A stretch of 32,000 nt of DNA. Source: Candidatus Iainarchaeum sp. GTDB taxonomy: Archaea > Iainarchaeota > Iainarchaeia > Iainarchaeales > 0-14-0-20-30-16. The notes under the pieces are model-generated. The model saw nothing but the letters and a program-made list of their open reading frames with translations, was not told the DNA's origin and searched no databases. Position numbers and translations under genes: made by a program. Numbering within the stretch: the first letter of the stretch is position 1; each line of letters opens with the position of its first letter. Where the stretch lies: positions 92,373 to 124,372 of the forward strand of contig JAQTTP010000002.1 in assembly GCA_028710695.1 (NCBI GenBank), written 5' to 3'. This document shows positions 20,434-29,055 of this stretch, piece by piece.

Positions 20434-22708
20434 ATTTCTTGTTCAAAAAAGGTACAAAGTCTTTATCCACCCAATTCTTCCAGGTAGTGTAAAGGTCGTC
20501 CCAATTCAACACATCCGCCTCTTCCATTTGTTTTTCTCTGAACAAGTGCAAAGAGGTATTTGCTATTGTTGTATTTTCTGCTTCCAACAAATCTGAAAAA
20601 TTTAATTTATTTTTCAAATCAACCAAGTATTGCTTTGTTTTTGAAACCATGCTGATTTCTTTCCAAATTTGTTCCATATTCAGTCCACTAACACTCTGAA
20701 TTTTTGTAAACAATTCTGAGTCTTTCAAATTATCTTCTAACAAATCAAGATTATCTTTTTTAGCATTATAGCTCATCAGATCTAGAAGTCCGCCCTCAGT
20801 TTCAGGATCTTCATTCCAGTGTTTTTTTACTTCTGTAATCTGTACTAATCTTCTATTTCTTTTCAAAGACCCTTTAAACCTTATTGGCCTTGAAACAGTA
20901 ACAATATCTGTTGCCTTAAAAGAAGTAGTTGGCACTTCTAAGTCATTTACAACCCTATCCCACACAGAATAAGCAGAGTCACCGTGGATTGTGCCCATTA
21001 CAACATTTCCTGCAGCACCAACCCTCATTGCTTCATACAAAACTTTTGCCTCTTTACTTCTTACTTCTCCAAGAATTATTGCACTATCTCCCAACCTCAA
21101 TGCTGTTCTTAATGCCTCATCAGGAGGAACTTCAACTCCAACTTTTGCAGTAGTAATTGCTGACTGAGTTTTCAATCTTTGGACATTATACCCTATATTT
21201 TTCATATACATTGCAGGTATTTCCAAAGTATCTTCTTGCAATAAAATTCTAGAACTCATTGGTATTTCTAGCATTAATGCACTCAATAAAGATGTTTTTC
21301 CAGATCCTCTTGAACCTGCAACCAAAATACTTGATTGCATATCCACCAAAAAGCTAAGCAAACCAGCAGATAAGGAGTTCATTCCATTTACATCTACTAG
21401 CTGTGGCAAAGTCCAAGGTGTTGTTTTATGTAACCTAAACGCAAATGCAATTCCATCAGGAGACAGAGGCGGACCAATAACTGCTACACGAGTTTCAAAC
21501 TCTGGTAAATCATAATCCAGCACAGGGTGTGTTTCATCAAAAGGCCTTCCACTCTGTGCCCTTATTTTTGAAACAACTGATTCTGCCTCTCTGTCACTAT
21601 ACAAAATATTTGTTTTACAGGATCCAAATTTAGAATGTATTAACTTTAATGGCTTATCACCAATTGGCGCATCAACATAAAAATCTGTAATATTCTTATC
21701 AGACAAAAGTATTTCTAAAATTCCATACCCCACAGTATAACGGGCAACAATTTCTGACAAGGATTTTTCTTCATCCAAAGTCAAAGGAATATTATTTGCC
21801 TTAGAAACTCCTTTTATAGTTGTTAAAAATACTCTTTCAAAATAATCTCTTGATTTTGCCCCAACAGTAAATGCTGCACTTCCTGGCTTATACTCTGCAA
21901 CAATCTCTCTTGCCTTACTAATTATAAAATACTTGTCAGGGGTCAAAGAGTATTCCGGGGGATTAGCAATATACAAATATTCAACACTATCTGGCTGTTT
22001 AAAAATTTGAATTTGGGTGTTACCAACCATGTATTCATCAACTAATACTAAACCTTCTATTTCTCCAAACAAAAGCCTAGATCCTATAAAGGACGGCTTT
22101 ATTTCCGCATTAAAAAAATACCTATATAGTTGGCTAGTATCGGGGATATTAGTTAATTTTTGCAAATAATCTTTTACCTTCTTTATTAAATCTGTTTTCT
22201 CAAGACTTTGGTAAATATATATCAAAGTTTCCAAATAAGGCATTGCCCCTTTCTGGTATTTGCTCCCAAGCTTTGTAAGCCTTAGCTTTTCTTTGTTTAT
22301 TTCATCTATTGTAGCAAGATATGCCAATATTGGATCTGATACCAAATAGTCGCTTGCTATCTTTGCCAGGGTTGCATGCCTATTAGCAGTGTATTGCTCA
22401 TTTTCGTCAGAACCATCAGAAAGATGCTCTGGCCCCCATAACCCTTGGGCAGTAAAAGTAGAATACAATTCTCCAATTTGCCTTAACAGGGTAGTTTGGT
22501 CACTATTGTAAACTCTTTCATAAACATCAGCTAATACAACCATATCTGCTTTTTGTTTAGCCAAAAAAGTTATTGCGTGAAGCCTACAGGCCTTATCGTC
22601 TGCCAAAGAAGTAGCAAATACACAATTTTTACAGTTAAATATCAGATGCTCTTGGTTGTTTATTACCTTATAAATTCCTTGCCCAACCTTATAGCCGCCA
22701 ATAATCAT
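20420..22708 (-). CDS. Large type II/IV secretion-family ATPase (FlaI/PilB-like) with long N- and C-terminal extensions
   Basis: Walker A AGSRGSGKTSLLSALM. Further core motifs are LLQEDTLEIP, GDSAIILGEVRSKEA and GTIHGDS. About 450 aa precede the Walker A, including CKNC-x13-CRLH near the N-terminus, and about 130 aa of helical extension follow the core. ATG at 22708 is preferred; the track's start at 22717 is a GTG. Confidence 0.85.
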   Translation of the reverse strand: MIIGGYKVGQGIYKVINNQEHLIFNCKNCVFATSLADDKACRLHAITFLAKQKADMVVLADVYERVYNSDQTTLLRQIGELYSTFTAQGLWGPEHLSDGSDENEQYTANRHATLAKIASDYLVSDPILAYLATIDEINKEKLRLTKLGSKYQKGAMPYLETLIYIYQSLEKTDLIKKVKDYLQKLTNIPDTSQLYRYFFNAEIKPSFIGSRLLFGEIEGLVLVDEYMVGNTQIQIFKQPDSVEYLYIANPPEYSLTPDKYFIISKAREIVAEYKPGSAAFTVGAKSRDYFERVFLTTIKGVSKANNIPLTLDEEKSLSEIVARYTVGYGILEILLSDKNITDFYVDAPIGDKPLKLIHSKFGSCKTNILYSDREAESVVSKIRAQSGRPFDETHPVLDYDLPEFETRVAVIGPPLSPDGIAFAFRLHKTTPWTLPQLVDVNGMNSLSAGLLSFLVDMQSSILVAGSRGSGKTSLLSALMLEIPMSSRILLQEDTLEIPAMYMKNIGYNVQRLKTQSAITTAKVGVEVPPDEALRTALRLGDSAIILGEVRSKEAKVLYEAMRVGAAGNVVMGTIHGDSAYSVWDRVVNDLEVPTTSFKATDIVTVSRPIRFKGSLKRNRRLVQITEVKKHWNEDPETEGGLLDLMSYNAKKDNLDLLEDNLKDSELFTKIQSVSGLNMEQIWKEISMVSKTKQYLVDLKNKLNFSDLLEAENTTIANTSLHLFREKQMEEADVLNWDDLYTTWKNWVDKDFVPFLNKKYDRK

Positions 22709-22757
22709 TAAAATCACGTAACAGAAACTGAGAGATGTAAATAATAGTTATACTTTA

Positions 22758-22767
22758 TTTATATATC
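22758..22767 (+). promoter_or_regulatory. TATA box candidate (TTTATATATC) for 22788-23828
   Basis: It ends 21 nt before the ATG and there is no SD in between, which is consistent with a leaderless archaeal mRNA. Confidence 0.4.
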
Positions 22768-22787
22768 TTATTGTCCTAATTTTATTT

Positions 22788-23828
22788 ATGGACAAATCAG
22801 AAAAGGAACTAATAAAGGCAAAGTTTTCAAAAAATATCTTTTATCCTGACAGAAAAAGCCTTGAAATGTCAACTCCAGAACTAGTTTCTAAGTACAGGGC
22901 AAGCAGATTAAAGTGCAATACAGCAATAGATCTCTGTTGTGGACTTGGAATAGATGCAATTCTTTTGGCAAAAAGCTGCAAAAAAGTTATTGCAATAGAA
23001 AAAGACAAAAAAATACTAGATTGTGCAATAAAAAACGCAAAACTATACAATACAAAGAACATTGAATTCATTTGTGCAGATTTTAAAACTCTGGATCTAA
23101 AAAAATACAACCCAGACATAATTTTTGCAGACCCATCAAGAAGAGTTGGAGAAAAAAGAGTTAAAGAATTAAGTGAAACAGAACCAAGCACAACAGAAAT
23201 TATTTCTTTATTACAAAAACAAGGATTTGAAAATTTCTGCATAGAAGTTTCAAATAATTTAGATTTAGAAAAGCTAAATTTTGACTGCGAAAAAGAATTT
23301 ATATCTCTTAATAAAGAACCAAATTGTATTTCTCTTTATTTTGGAAATCTTAAAAAGTATAATTACTCTTTTGTTGCTTTGCCAGACAAAAAAGTAATAT
23401 TTGCTGACAAAATAAATCCTGAATTTAAAACACAGGAAAACTTTAAAAAATATTTATACGAATTAGACGAAGGAATAAAAAAAATGCATTTTCAAAATGA
23501 ACTTTTAAATCATTACAACGGCTTATACGCAATAACAGATTCTTTTTTCACATCCACAAATCTAATAAAAGACCCAATCTTTAAAAACAGCTACAAAATA
23601 GAAACAGTTTTAGAAACAAGCTTTGAAAACACAGACAAAAATATTTTAATTGAAGAGCTAAAAAAATTAGATGCAAAGAAAGTCGTTTTGCGTATTAAAA
23701 TAGATCCAGACAAATATTACTCTCTAAAAAAAGATTTAGAAAAAGATTTGGAAGGCACAAAAAAGCTACATATAATTGAATTAAACAAGAAAGTTATTCT
23801 TTGCAAAAATCTTCTTCTGAGCGAATAG
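22788..23828 (+). CDS. Class I SAM-dependent methyltransferase with C-terminal extension (THUMP-like / cap-guanine-N2-MTase-like family)
   Basis: Motif I is AIDLCCGLGIDAILLA, post-I is VIAIEKD, motif IV-like is IFADPSRR. About 200 aa of additional C-terminal domain follow. Confidence 0.65.
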   Translation: MDKSEKELIKAKFSKNIFYPDRKSLEMSTPELVSKYRASRLKCNTAIDLCCGLGIDAILLAKSCKKVIAIEKDKKILDCAIKNAKLYNTKNIEFICADFKTLDLKKYNPDIIFADPSRRVGEKRVKELSETEPSTTEIISLLQKQGFENFCIEVSNNLDLEKLNFDCEKEFISLNKEPNCISLYFGNLKKYNYSFVALPDKKVIFADKINPEFKTQENFKKYLYELDEGIKKMHFQNELLNHYNGLYAITDSFFTSTNLIKDPIFKNSYKIETVLETSFENTDKNILIEELKKLDAKKVVLRIKIDPDKYYSLKKDLEKDLEGTKKLHIIELNKKVILCKNLLLSE

Positions 23829-23884
23829 GGAAATAAACCTGATTCAGTCAGGTCATACAAAGCCCAAACTCTTAACTAAACCGA

Positions 23885-23898
23885 ATAATATAAATACT
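23885..23898 (+). promoter_or_regulatory. TATA box candidate (AATAATATAAATAC) for rubrerythrin
   Basis: About 42 nt upstream of the TTG start. GAGGTGGG lies just upstream of that start. Confidence 0.45.
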
Positions 23899-23939
23899 CT
23901 TTTCTCTTTATTCTGTTAGATAATTAAAGAGGTGGGATT

Positions 23940-24509
23940 TTGAAAACTTTAGAGAACCTAACAAAAGCCTTTATTGGCGAAAGCATGGCAAGAAACAGAT
24001 ACACATTTTACGCAAAGCAAGCATTCAAAGAGGGATATGACCAAATCTCAGAAATATTCACTCAAACTGCAGAGCAAGAAAGAGAGCACGCAAAATGGCT
24101 TTTCACTTTAATTAATGAAATAAAAAAAGGAAAAAAAGAAATTGAAGTTGCGGCATCAGTTCCAACAACTTTTGGAAACACAAAAGAAAATCTAAAGGCA
24201 GCAATTGCTGGAGAAAATCACGAGCACACAAGCATGTATCCTGAGTTTGCAAAAATTGCTGTGAAGGAAGGTTTTCCAAAGATAGCAGTTAGGCTAATGG
24301 CAATAGCAACTGCTGAAAAACACCACGAGGAAAGATACAAAAAATTATTAAAAGAATTAGAGGATAAAACAATTTTCAAAAAGAAGAAAAAAATATCTTG
24401 GGTTTGTAGAAAATGTGGATACGAGCACAATGGAAATTCACCACCTGATAAATGCCCTTCATGCGGACACGAAAAGAATTATTTCGAAAGAAAATGTGAG
24501 GAATATTAA
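23940..24509 (+). CDS. rbr: Rubrerythrin (diiron four-helix bundle plus C-terminal rubredoxin-like domain)
   Basis: ExxH-type diiron ligand motifs ([28 protein letters not shown]) and a C-terminal CRKCGY...CPSCGH. TTG start at 23940 preceded by GAGGTGGG. Confidence 0.9.
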   Translation: MKTLENLTKAFIGESMARNRYTFYAKQAFKEGYDQISEIFTQTAEQEREHAKWLFTLINEIKKGKKEIEVAASVPTTFGNTKENLKAAIAGENHEHTSMYPEFAKIAVKEGFPKIAVRLMAIATAEKHHEERYKKLLKELEDKTIFKKKKKISWVCRKCGYEHNGNSPPDKCPSCGHEKNYFERKCEEY

Positions 24510-24605
24510 AGGGTAGGGTCTAAACCGCATCAGTTAGGCTACAAAGATGCAAAGAGATTTAAACAAAAAACAACATATATTTATGTTTTAAAAGGAGGAT
24601 TAAAA

Positions 24606-25376
24606 ATGGAATTAGAAAAATATTTAACAAAGTCATTTGCAACCACATTTAAAGTTAAACCATATTTGAGTTCTTTATTTGTAACAGTAGTAATTGGGGT
24701 ATTATTTATCGCAGGAATTTTTGCTTTTTTCTTTGACTTAATAAAACAATTCATGCTGACTTTAGGTAAAAGTGCGCTCACAGGGCAAATGGCAAATTCA
24801 ATGCTAGGATTTAAACTAGTTATGGCACTAGGAACTGGATTCATTATATTCTGTGTTATCTTGTGCATTTTGAATATAATTGGACAAGCATTTATTTTCA
24901 AAAAAGTTGAAGCTGAAATGGAATCAAAAAATGATGGATTCTTTGAAAGATTTGGAGCATCCATGTTATTAGGCTTAAAAGTATTTGTAGTAATGATTAT
25001 TTACTACATAGTTGTAGGAATAATTGGGGCAATAATCTTTGCAATTGGTTTAATCCCTTATGTTGGATTAGTAATTTCAATAATTTTATATGTAATATTG
25101 GGATTATATACAATCACTGGATTCTTTGCAATATATGGATTCACTGCAAAGGGTGGAATTGCAAAAGGAATAAGTGCATCTTTAACCCTGCCTTTTAGAA
25201 AAATACACTTGGTAGGTTATTCCTTTATCTTCATGATTATTGCTATGGCAATTGGCTTCGTGCTTGGCCTTTTAGGTATGATACCAGTTTTAGGACAAAT
25301 ATTGTACATTTTAGGTATGCCAATAATCACAACATACATGATGGGAATATCATATTGTATGGCAACAGAAGAATAA
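24606..25376 (+). CDS. Integral membrane protein of unknown function (about 6 TMs)
   Basis: 256-aa ORF. A strong SD (AAGGAGGA) ends 6 nt before the ATG. The protein is a run of Gly/Ile-rich hydrophobic helices. Confidence 0.7.
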   Translation: MELEKYLTKSFATTFKVKPYLSSLFVTVVIGVLFIAGIFAFFFDLIKQFMLTLGKSALTGQMANSMLGFKLVMALGTGFIIFCVILCILNIIGQAFIFKKVEAEMESKNDGFFERFGASMLLGLKVFVVMIIYYIVVGIIGAIIFAIGLIPYVGLVISIILYVILGLYTITGFFAIYGFTAKGGIAKGISASLTLPFRKIHLVGYSFIFMIIAMAIGFVLGLLGMIPVLGQILYILGMPIITTYMMGISYCMATEE

Positions 25377-25410
25377 AGAAATATTCTTCTTCTTTTTCTT
25401 TTTTTTTATC
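25368..25410 (+). terminator. Intrinsic-terminator-like hairpin plus T-run after 24606-25376
   Basis: GAAGAATA-AAGAAA-TATTCTTC (8-bp stem spanning the stop codon) is followed by TTCTTTTTCTTTTTTTTT. Confidence 0.5.
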
Positions 25411-25449
25411 TTATAGAGCAAGAACAGCGTTAGTCAGGCAAATTAAATA

Positions 25450-25812
25450 TTAAACTAACTCTAATTGTATTCTCTTTCCTGCGGAATCATAAACTGCAAC
25501 CCTATCCAATGTGTATGGATAAGACACAATTATATGTGCATTCCCTTCTGAAAAAAATGAGTGTTTATCTGCACTGCTAGGAGATGAATTCCCAGAGGGG
25601 TGTGAATGTATGGTTCCCACAATAGAAAAGTCTACTGGCTTTGTATGTTTATAATATGCAACCGAATCTTCTGTTTGATAAAATATTGGCACAGCAATAA
25701 AGTGGTCTATAACATCTTTTGTTTTTCCCAAATATGCAAAGAATTCATTAGGGTATGTTTGCTTACAGCCATCCAGTAAATCCAACAGCAAAATTCTAGA
25801 CATTTTCTCCAT
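25450..25812 (-). CDS. JAMM/MPN+ metalloprotease (Mov34 family)
   Basis: Complete JAMM motif HSHPSGNSSPSSAD (HxHx7SxxD) with an upstream Glu in YPNEFFAY. Minimal single-domain protein of 120 aa. Confidence 0.85.
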   Translation of the reverse strand: MEKMSRILLLDLLDGCKQTYPNEFFAYLGKTKDVIDHFIAVPIFYQTEDSVAYYKHTKPVDFSIVGTIHSHPSGNSSPSSADKHSFFSEGNAHIIVSYPYTLDRVAVYDSAGKRIQLELV

Positions 25813-25859
25813 ATTAGTCTTTAGAAAAGAAGGTATTAAATATTAAAACCAAAGAAACA

Positions 25860-26390
25860 TTATTCTAATTTTACTGGCAAGTTTCTTACAAGACGATATA
25901 GTCTAAACACTTTGTCTGTATAGGCCTCGATAAACGCTTTTGCTGCTTTTTCTCCAAGAATTCTATTAAGTTCTAAGGCAGCATCATTTACTATTTTTAT
26001 TTGGGCTTCTATTCCAACGTTTTGTGCCCCTATTGCTCGAATCATTCTTTCTGTTTTGTCAACAACACCAGCCATAACTTTATGTACTGCAACTCTTTTT
26101 TGGGAATCATACTTTACACTTAATCCCGCAGCATCTAATGCGTATTTAGTTGCAACTCTCGAAACAATTGGTTTTCGTCTTAAAGACATTTCCGGATTAA
26201 CTTTTCCAAAATTAGTCATTAATGCTTCCCAAGGGTTGTGGCCATACACTTTCATAAGATCTTTTTCAGGATAAGTTACTTTATTTTGGATTGCGCCCAA
26301 TATTCTTACAGTCATTGCTTCATCAGGCATTCTTTCTCCAAACTTTTTAGTCCTGTTCCTATCAACCATTCGCTTAATAAATTCGACCAT
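25860..26390 (-). CDS. Hypothetical protein, 176 aa
   Basis: Clean ORF with ATG at 26390, 23 nt after the GNAT gene stop. I recognise no motif. It looks less AT-rich than neighbouring genes by eye. Confidence 0.55.
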   Translation of the reverse strand: MVEFIKRMVDRNRTKKFGERMPDEAMTVRILGAIQNKVTYPEKDLMKVYGHNPWEALMTNFGKVNPEMSLRRKPIVSRVATKYALDAAGLSVKYDSQKRVAVHKVMAGVVDKTERMIRAIGAQNVGIEAQIKIVNDAALELNRILGEKAAKAFIEAYTDKVFRLYRLVRNLPVKLE

Positions 26391-26413
26391 AAGAAAACAG
26401 CCTGCATCAAATT

Positions 26414-26890
26414 CTAAATCTTAATTCTCATAACTTTTTGTGATTCTATAAACCCAAATTTCTTCCAGGCATCTACACCGATTCTATTATTTTTATCAAC
26501 AACAACTTCAACATATTTTATTCTATGTTCTCTAAACCAATTCATAAGGGTTTCAAATAATTTTTTTCCTATTTTCATTCCACGATATTCTGCTAACAAA
26601 TAACCATCATGCAAAAAACCCATTTGCTTAGTAACATATAATGCAGTAACAGTTTCAATTTCCCCAATATAAAATCCAATAACTTTTCTATGATATTCTG
26701 CGACCAAAATTTTAACCTTTGGGTTTTTCAAATTGTTTCTTAAAAATTTGTAAAATGCCTGGCTTGTATTTTCTCCACTTTTGTAAACCTTGCTATATCG
26801 CCTTAAATAATCAGACAATTCAGTATGCAAAGAAACCAATTCTCTTGTGTCCCGTTTATTAGCAGATCTAATCTTCACGCCCTTCTCCAT
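26414..26890 (-). CDS. GNAT-family N-acetyltransferase
   Basis: VAEYHRKVIGFYIGEI followed by the acetyl-CoA-binding motif YRGMKIGKKLFETLMNWFRE, then KFGF near the C-terminus. Confidence 0.8.
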   Translation of the reverse strand: MEKGVKIRSANKRDTRELVSLHTELSDYLRRYSKVYKSGENTSQAFYKFLRNNLKNPKVKILVAEYHRKVIGFYIGEIETVTALYVTKQMGFLHDGYLLAEYRGMKIGKKLFETLMNWFREHRIKYVEVVVDKNNRIGVDAWKKFGFIESQKVMRIKI

Positions 26891-26942
26891 AATATAAATA
26901 CAACATATCCTTTTTTATTCTGATTTTTTTATTTTTTCTTAT

Positions 26943-27554
26943 ATGGTCTTAAAAGAATTGCGAGATTGGAATACAAAAAGAAGAATAAAATCCAGCAAAG
27001 AACTATCTTTATTTGCAATACAACATGCTCGTCGAATTCTAGAACAACGAAGGCCAGAATTATTACAAGAACTAAGAAAAACAACTAGAGAAGAAGTCAT
27101 AAAACATGGCAACGGAAAAGGTTTTACCCTTGTATCGGTAGGGCAAAAAAGAACATTTGATCCAATAAGATATACTCACGCGGACGACTATCATCTAGAA
27201 GTCGGCCACGCGGGAGATGTTGCAAATTTTACCTACAAAAAAATAGGCAGAGTTATGCTATTTTCTGATTTAGCAGTAGGAAGATATCACAGAGAAAGCA
27301 ACTTAAGAAGGCTTGGGATTGCAAAACTAATGGTTGACATTGCAAAGGAAATTGCACAAAGAGAAGGCCTAACATCAATAAGAATAAGCACTGAAAAAAA
27401 GCCATGGCTAAAAGATATGTATGAAAAGTTTGGATTTCTCACTCTCAGCAGGGCCCCAAATGGCGCAACAGAAATGGTTTATATTTTTGACAAAGCAATA
27501 AGAGACAAATTTGATCCAAGAGACCCATATGCAATTTTAAAATATTTAAGATGA
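26943..27554 (+). CDS. Protein with C-terminal GNAT-like acetyltransferase domain and an unknown N-terminal ~90 aa
   Basis: RRLGIAKLMVDIAKEIAQREG (R-x-x-G-x-A motif) and YEKFGF. Divergent from the other GNAT gene across a 52-nt A/T-rich spacer. ATGA overlap with the downstream methyltransferase. Confidence 0.6.
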   Translation: MVLKELRDWNTKRRIKSSKELSLFAIQHARRILEQRRPELLQELRKTTREEVIKHGNGKGFTLVSVGQKRTFDPIRYTHADDYHLEVGHAGDVANFTYKKIGRVMLFSDLAVGRYHRESNLRRLGIAKLMVDIAKEIAQREGLTSIRISTEKKPWLKDMYEKFGFLTLSRAPNGATEMVYIFDKAIRDKFDPRDPYAILKYLR

Positions 27555-28318
27555 GGCAATTCATGAATAACAAACAATTCTACTCAACATACAATTATCC
27601 AAACCTAAAATACATTGGTAAAACTCACACAAATCTTATGAAAAAAATTCTTTCTTTTGCAAATATTTCTTTTTCTGACTTGCAAGGAAAGGATATTTTA
27701 GATGCTGGCTGTGGGACTGGAGACAAGTCAGTATTCTTTGCACTAAAAGGAGCAAAAATCACAAGCATTGATTTCTCTCCCGGACAATTACAGAAAGCAC
27801 AAGAAAATGCAAAAGAGAATAAGGTAAAAATCAAAGCTCTTGAAATGGATATTCTGAATTTAGATTCAAAAAAGTTAGGAAAGTTTGATTATATTTTTTG
27901 TTTAGGAGTTCTACATCACACAGAAGATGCAAAAAAAGGGTTTGAGAATCTCTGCAAGCTTCTAAAGCCAAATGGAATTATTGTAATTGCTTTATACCAC
28001 AAATATGCGCGCCTAAAATACAGAATCATTAGGGCCCTATTACGCCTTTTTGTTTCAAAAGATCCCGAAAAAATAATTTCTTTTTTGTTTTCAAAAAACT
28101 TTTTCGCAAAAAAGTTAAACACAATAACTAAAGAAACTCTTTATGACAGGTATGCTGTTCCTTTTGAATCTTACCACACTTTGAGAGAAGTCAAGCAGTG
28201 GTTCAAACAAAATAAAATAACAGAAATAGGACACAGCGAAAATGTTAACGGCTTTGAACCGTTTAAAGTATTTGAAAGAAAAACTTTATTTTTTGTAAGT
28301 GGAACAAAACCCAAATAG
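27551..28318 (+). CDS. Class I SAM-dependent methyltransferase
   Basis: Motif I is ILDAGCGTGDKSVFFALKG, post-I is ITSIDFS, and LKPNGIIV follows. An alternative ATG is at 27563. Confidence 0.8.
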   Translation: MRQFMNNKQFYSTYNYPNLKYIGKTHTNLMKKILSFANISFSDLQGKDILDAGCGTGDKSVFFALKGAKITSIDFSPGQLQKAQENAKENKVKIKALEMDILNLDSKKLGKFDYIFCLGVLHHTEDAKKGFENLCKLLKPNGIIVIALYHKYARLKYRIIRALLRLFVSKDPEKIISFLFSKNFFAKKLNTITKETLYDRYAVPFESYHTLREVKQWFKQNKITEIGHSENVNGFEPFKVFERKTLFFVSGTKPK

Positions 28319-28367
28319 ACAAAAATCAACCTGTTACCCTTATACAAAGAATAATTTCTCTATTTAG

Positions 28368-29051
28368 CTATTTCTTTCTAGTAGACGGAGCCAAATTATA
28401 CAAAGACGAAACCCATTCTTTGTTTGTTGGTTTTTTTTCAGCCTTAATAGGGACAAAAAATGACATTGATTTTTTTTGTTTTGATTTGTTTTGGCTTTTT
28501 TTAAGCTTTATTTGTTTCTCTTTTTTTGGCTTTTGTTTTGTTCCTTTTCCTTTTGTTTTTTTTACTGCTTTTGCTTTATTATTAAACCAAATGCTCTCTT
28601 TCTTTTCTTCTTTTTTTGCAATTGTATTTTGTGGATTTGGATACTGCCTCATTACAACTTGCATCTCATCTGCAGGACTAAAGAATTTAAAATCTTTTGA
28701 GCTTCCAAAATGCGCTATCTTTACAGAATATTTTTTTGATTCCAAATAATCTTTTAATTTCATTAAGATCTCAAAACTAAATTCATATGGCGGAATATTA
28801 TAAGCCAGGTGTACAAAAGGCATAATTATCACATTATTTGTTTTAAAGTGATCCGCCATTTCTCTTAAGTCTTTTCCAAAAGCGTCAAAATAATTCACAT
28901 CTTCTTTTCCTTCAACAGTAATCCAAGGGCAAAGAACTTTCTTTTCTTTTATTTTTTTTGTGCTGTTCAACACATCCATACTAACATTACTGCCGTTAAG
29001 CTTACAATTTCCAATTTCTAATTTCTTACAATACCAAATTAAAGCTTTCAT
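28368..29051 (-). CDS. Free-standing archaeal ThrRS-editing-domain-like protein (tRNA-Thr_ED fold) with a lysine-rich C-terminal tail
   Basis: The first ~140 aa line up by eye with my recollection of the archaeal ThrRS N-terminal editing domain pattern: MxxLxxxxxxxE..., VLCPWITVE, IIMPFVHLAYNI (compare PFAHLS), AHFGSSKDFKF (compare APFGYYKAFK). The C-terminal ~85 aa is K-rich low complexity (KKTKGKGTKQKPKKEKQIKLKKSQNKSKQKK). AAGGTGA SD. The family call is from memory and has not been searched. Confidence 0.5.
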   Translation of the reverse strand: MKALIWYCKKLEIGNCKLNGSNVSMDVLNSTKKIKEKKVLCPWITVEGKEDVNYFDAFGKDLREMADHFKTNNVIIMPFVHLAYNIPPYEFSFEILMKLKDYLESKKYSVKIAHFGSSKDFKFFSPADEMQVVMRQYPNPQNTIAKKEEKKESIWFNNKAKAVKKTKGKGTKQKPKKEKQIKLKKSQNKSKQKKSMSFFVPIKAEKKPTNKEWVSSLYNLAPSTRKK

Positions 29052-29055
29052 TTAA

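Noticed and set aside
28420-28749. Plus-strand poly-Phe/Leu ORFs (28420-28749, 28491-28700) as membrane peptides
   Set aside because: They are the antisense reading of the lysine-rich (AAA/AAG) tail of the minus-strand gene 28368-29051, so TTT/CTT codons are an artefact of composition.
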